Made by a program: the position numbers and the translations under genes
The notes under the pieces: generated by a model
Database searches by the model: none
What the model saw: the letters and a program-made list of their open reading frames with translations, nothing else
What the model was told of the DNA's origin: nothing
Shown here: in pieces, positions 9,010 through 12,410 of the stretch
Layout of the letters: each line of letters starts with the position of its first letter
Position numbering within the stretch: position 1 is the stretch's first letter
Assembly (NCBI GenBank): GCA_963728405.1
Contig: CAVSJV010000012.1
Span: forward strand, 1-12,410
DNA length: 12,410 nucleotides
Direction: 5' to 3'
Source: Methanomassiliicoccaceae archaeon
GTDB taxonomy: Archaea; Thermoplasmatota; Thermoplasmata; Methanomassiliicoccales; Methanomassiliicoccaceae

Positions 9010-9252
9010 CACTTACCCTTGTTGCCCCCATCTCGAGCTCGTGCCATTCCCACCCCACCGAGAGTATTCTCGAAGAACGGCCCCATTTCCCATCTATGGC
9101 CATGAACAGAAAGTAAGGTTTGCCTTCAATCGAATTATGGTCGAGGGCAGATGTGAGAGCCGTGGGCAGGAAATTAAGTTCCAACGATTGCCGATGGGCG
9201 CTCCCAAGTAGGTCCTAATCTGCGGATGAATTGGAAATGAACGGGACCACCT

Positions 9253-9446
9253 TCAGGTGACTGTCCAGGTGGTGCCATCCGTGTTATGGTCACTGTTCCA
9301 TTGAGGTCGGTGCGGTAGATGGTCACACTATGGGCGTTCAGACGGGATAGCGTATCGGAAGTCGGATGGCCATAGCTGTTTCCAGCCCTAACCCCTATAA
9401 CAGCGAGATTTGGTGAGGTCGATAGGAGTTGCCTAGCTACACTGGA
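9253..9446 (-). pseudogene. C-terminal fragment of a ComEC/Rec2-like MBL-fold hydrolase
   Basis: SPNLAVIGVRAGNSYGHPTSDTLSRLNAHSVTIYRTDLNGTVTIT matches the family C-terminal pattern (P..AVIS.G..N.YGHP...L.RL......YRTD..G); a -1 shift near 9283 gives TDGTTWTVT* (stop 9255-9253). The metal-binding N-terminal part is absent. Confidence 0.8.
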
Positions 9447-9593
9447 TTTGGGCGACGCCTGGTTACTCCAAGGCGGCGGCATAGGTGGAAATCATAGTAG
9501 AGAAACTGACCGCGGGGTTCATCTTTGTGGCTATGATGTCAGCCATGGTCGCGTGGAATCAGATCGTTCTAGCAACCGGGATGCAGATAACCA

Positions 9594-9773
9594 ATGAAAG
9601 AGGAAAGAGCCCCCGACCCGATGAGGGTCAATACGCCGCTCAAGCACTATCGTGTGAAAAAAGGTTTGTGCTTGTCATGCGGCCGCGAGGAGTGCGATAG
9701 TCGTTCGCCCCTGGTCTGCCAATGTACCATCTACGAGGACCTGGCCATTCAGGACTCCAAGGCGGCGGATTAG
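9594..9773 (+). CDS. Cys-rich microprotein, 59 aa (50 aa from ATG 9621; not in ORF track)
   Basis: MKEERAPDPMRVNTPLKHYRVKKGLCLSCGREECDSRSPLVCQCTIYEDLAIQDSKAAD*; pattern CxxC-x4-C-x7-CxC. Confidence 0.55.
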   Translation: MKEERAPDPMRVNTPLKHYRVKKGLCLSCGREECDSRSPLVCQCTIYEDLAIQDSKAAD

Positions 9774-9841
9774 GATGAGACCTAACTATGTTGTCAAAAA
9801 GGAATAGGGGACAATTACTTGACGCCTTATGGGGGAGATGG

Positions 9842-9877
9842 TGCCATCCATTGAGGGAAAGGCCCTCATTGATGGCA
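9842..9877. other. Strong imperfect hairpin
   Basis: tgccatccattgaggg-aaagg-ccctcattgatggca, about 14 bp with one bulge and one mismatch; intergenic. Confidence 0.6.
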
Positions 9878-10067
9878 AATACTTAGGACCTTTATACCTT
9901 TCCGGCAAATATGACGGCTCAATCAAAAGGGTATGGCTTTTACCCTCTCCCATTTTTCTATCCAGATGAGTAACCTAGAATTGGAATTTTTGAGGGAGGG
10001 AAGGACCTCCTTATTCTACAAATAATTTATCTTGGGGTTGTTGGAACACCATTACGAGGAGCGCTTA

Positions 10068-11184
10068 ATGGGATCCAACCGGCTCGTTGAGCTCGACATC
10101 TTGAAGGCGATGGCGATCCTGGCGATTGTGGTCGCCCATGTGCTCGAGATGGTACCGGCCTTTGCCAGTGTGAGCTGGTTGTTGACGTTGAGCGTTTGGA
10201 CCGGCGTCACCGGCCTAAGCATATTCTTCTTCACCTCTGGGTACTCCTTGATGCTCAAGAAGCCCACTTTCGACCGCCCTGGCGACGTCCTGATTTTCCT
10301 CCGGAAGCGTTTTGTCAGAATATACCCGCTCTATTGGGTGGCGCTGATCGTCGCCACAATCGTCATAGCTTCCGGGCAATCGGTGAAGTCCCTCTTCGCT
10401 CTGACCGACCTCACAGCCCTGCAGCAGCTTCTCACGGTAAGCGGCCTGCAGATCCTATTCTACCCTAAGCTGGTACCCTACCTTGGTCTTCTATGGTTCG
10501 TCAGCGTTATTGTGATTTTCTACCTCTCCTTTCCCGTACTGATCTACTTGGCCGATAGGGCTAGATTAGGTTTCACCAGGTCCCTCTTCCTCGTCGCCTT
10601 GGCCATCTTCGCAGTCCTGGTCGTTGTCTCTTTCATCACCGGTGCCGTGGGACTGAGCCAGGTGTACATCTACTACTGGATCTTCATCGCCGGGATTCTC
10701 CTCGGAAGGGGGGTGAATATGTCGGATATAAAGGGGGGCCACGGTCCTAAAAGTCTGCCTGGCTTCCGGGGTCGGCTTGTCCCTCATATATGCCTCAGGC
10801 GGGGGCATGCTCGGGCTGGTATGTGAGCTGCTCCCGCCCTCCCTGATTCCAACCATCGCACTCGCCCCAATCGGCGTGATCGGTGTCTCCGTCTCCATCT
10901 TCTTCGTCAACTTGTTCAAAAGATATGCTACCGGCTTAATCGCCAGGGTGGTTAAAAGAGTCGGCCCGTCAACCTATTCGATCTACCTCTTCCACATCTA
11001 CTTCCTCACGCTGTTCGCGGTCCTGGGGGCGAGCGTGAGCCCCGGGGCTGCGCCGATCTTGGTGGTTGCCCTAGGGATCCCCTGTGCGATTATCGTTCCT
11101 GTCTACATCCAAGCCTTGGTCGACCGTACCATGAAATTATATGCTAACAAAGAAGCACCGAGGGGCTCAGACCCCCATGCTTAA
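10068..11184 (+). CDS. Acyltransferase family 3 (OafA/YrhL-like membrane O-acyltransferase, ~371 aa), split by +1 G in the G6 run 10733-10738
   Basis: RLVELDILKAMAILAIVVAH, FFFTSGY, FLRKRFVRIYPLYW, LWFVSVIVIFYLSFP, GPSTYSIYLFH; multiple hydrophobic helices; GAGGAG upstream of ATG 10068; removing one G gives KGATVLKVCLASGVGLSLIY and joins ORF 10777..11184. Confidence 0.9.
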
Positions 11185-11276
11185 CCACCTTGATCTATAA
11201 ACTAACTTGATCGTAATCCTCGAGCCAGATGATTGGTGATTGGAACTGAAAGTTAAATTAGTTAAGATAGTTGAGG

Positions 11277-11394
11277 AAAAGAAAGGAAGAGGTTTAGGAC
11301 TATTTTTCATAGCCTCGAACAAGCGCTCTGTACCGAGGACGGTACAATTGAGGGGTCAGCCAGACAGTTTGCCTTTAAAATCCCGCTCGGCCCA
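11277..11394. repeat. Unit-end element copy 2 with a shorter tRNA 3'-like tail
   Basis: Homologous to 5862..5980; ends AAATCCCGCTCGGCCCA (3' half of T-loop, T-stem 3' strand, acceptor strand); the 5' strand of the T-stem is missing. Confidence 0.82.
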
Positions 11395-11778
11395 TCAATT
11401 CATTACAATGATCTCATCTTGTGTCCCAACAGCTTCCCAAATAGAGGTTGTGGAGGAATATTTCGATAGCCAGTAGTAAGTCCAGCCCAACCGCCCCAAC
11501 TTCTAGAGAATATACATCATGGCAGTTCTTGGAACTAGGCATCGTTGAGGGGGCTTCGTTTTCACTGGTCGATGGTAAGAACTCCGGAGGACCCTCCATT
11601 CCACCGGAGCATCGTGAATGCTAACGCCCTCCAATACGGTCACAGAATTTTGAAATTTTCGAGGGTTGGCCAGATAATAATAATGAGTTCAATTCTCTTC
11701 GGGCCCACTAGACCGTTCTGGCTTTCCTTGTTTTTTGAATGTGCAAATAAAAGGAGAATGACCAGACGATCCAGCCGT

Positions 11779-12078
11779 TCAGGTTCCTTTTGGGTTGTGT
11801 GCCGTGAGGGCACCCTTAGTAGAGGCAAGATCGGAATTGAGCTGCATCACATCGGAGACGTCCTTCACAAAGGAAGCGGGGATGTTCACCATTGCGGCGC
11901 CGAACATCGGTTTCTTGATGTTCAGCTCCTCCGAGATGTCCTTGTGCACTTCGATGACGAAATGGGAAACCGTCCAAGTCTTCGGGTCTACCATGATCCC
12001 ATGTAAAGTCCCCAGCAACTTTCCATCGTCGGTATAAACTTCCTTCGCCTCCGCGGCCTTCCAATATGTCAGTTCCAT
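11779..12078 (-). CDS. PRC-barrel domain protein, 99 aa
   Basis: KEVYTDDGKLLGTLHGIMVDPKTWTVSHFVIEV...VNIPASFVKDVSDVMQL fits the PRC-barrel pattern (V...dG..lG.v.di..d......v..l.v ... ip...v..v.d.v.l). Confidence 0.88.
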   Translation of the reverse strand: MELTYWKAAEAKEVYTDDGKLLGTLHGIMVDPKTWTVSHFVIEVHKDISEELNIKKPMFGAAMVNIPASFVKDVSDVMQLNSDLASTKGALTAHNPKGT

Positions 12079-12280
12079 GGTTTGGGTCGTTGTCGTTGCA
12101 GATTTCTGTATGATACTCGCCCTGGATAATGCTTGATACTGGTCAGTCTATAACGCTTTCATCACCGTTCTTCAATGACGACGGAGAGGCTGCCGTCCAT
12201 TTAACGGGTATATATTAAAAACCAGACACTTCAACATTGCACTGGCCTTCGTAAATAACCCAAATGACGGGGACCGCATT

Positions 12281-12308
12281 GATCGGACGGGGACCAGTCC
12301 GTCCGATC
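12281..12308. other. Perfect 10-bp inverted repeat
   Basis: gatcggacgg-ggaccagt-ccgtccgatc, in non-coding DNA upstream of the PRC-barrel gene. Confidence 0.65.
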
Positions 12309-12410
12309 CGTGGATAACTCCTGTCGGAGGCCTATTCGATGGATCATCAAAAATGGGAGAATTAAATATGGTGATGTAAGGACCGAACGCCGGCCGATCT
12401 TTACCACTAT

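Larger units (their letters stand above)
1..11394. mobile_element. Putative tandem pair of decayed tRNA-targeted integrative elements (<1..5980; 5981..11394)
   Basis: Integrase at the left end, two homologous end elements with tRNA 3' fragments in the same orientation, parallel internal gene order, fragmentary cargo and an AT-rich patch at ~5290-6155. The left boundary is outside the window. Confidence 0.55.

Noticed and set aside
8972-12064. Track ORFs 8972..9184, 9485..9700, 10052..10267, 10196..10468, 10566..10919, 11240..11476, 11414..11599, 11545..12006, 11640..11828, 11795..12037, 11816..12064
   Set aside because: No motifs; most overlap better-supported genes or non-coding repeats. 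9485..9700 and 11414..11599 cannot be excluded but lack positive support.

Overview
Accessory region that looks archaeal (inferred from TATA-led leaderless small genes, a CPxCG zinc-finger microprotein, a PRC-barrel protein, stand-alone receiver domains and U-rich terminators). It resolves into two related units in tandem, <1..5980 and 5981..11394. Each unit has a minus-strand operon of a soluble multi-PAS histidine kinase plus a stand-alone receiver, the same ~210-bp upstream leader, variable cargo that includes a 59-aa Cys-rich microprotein, and a homologous ~120-bp non-coding end element finishing in a tRNA 3'-end-like fragment. A tyrosine recombinase missed by the ORF track lies at the left edge (716 to ~50, minus strand). 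The simplest reading is two decayed tRNA-targeted integrative elements carrying swappable sensor cassettes. Other cargo: HNH nuclease, ComEC-like fragment, acyltransferase-3. Six genes are interrupted by single-base indels, mostly in short homopolymers, so sequencing error cannot be excluded and pseudogene calls are provisional.
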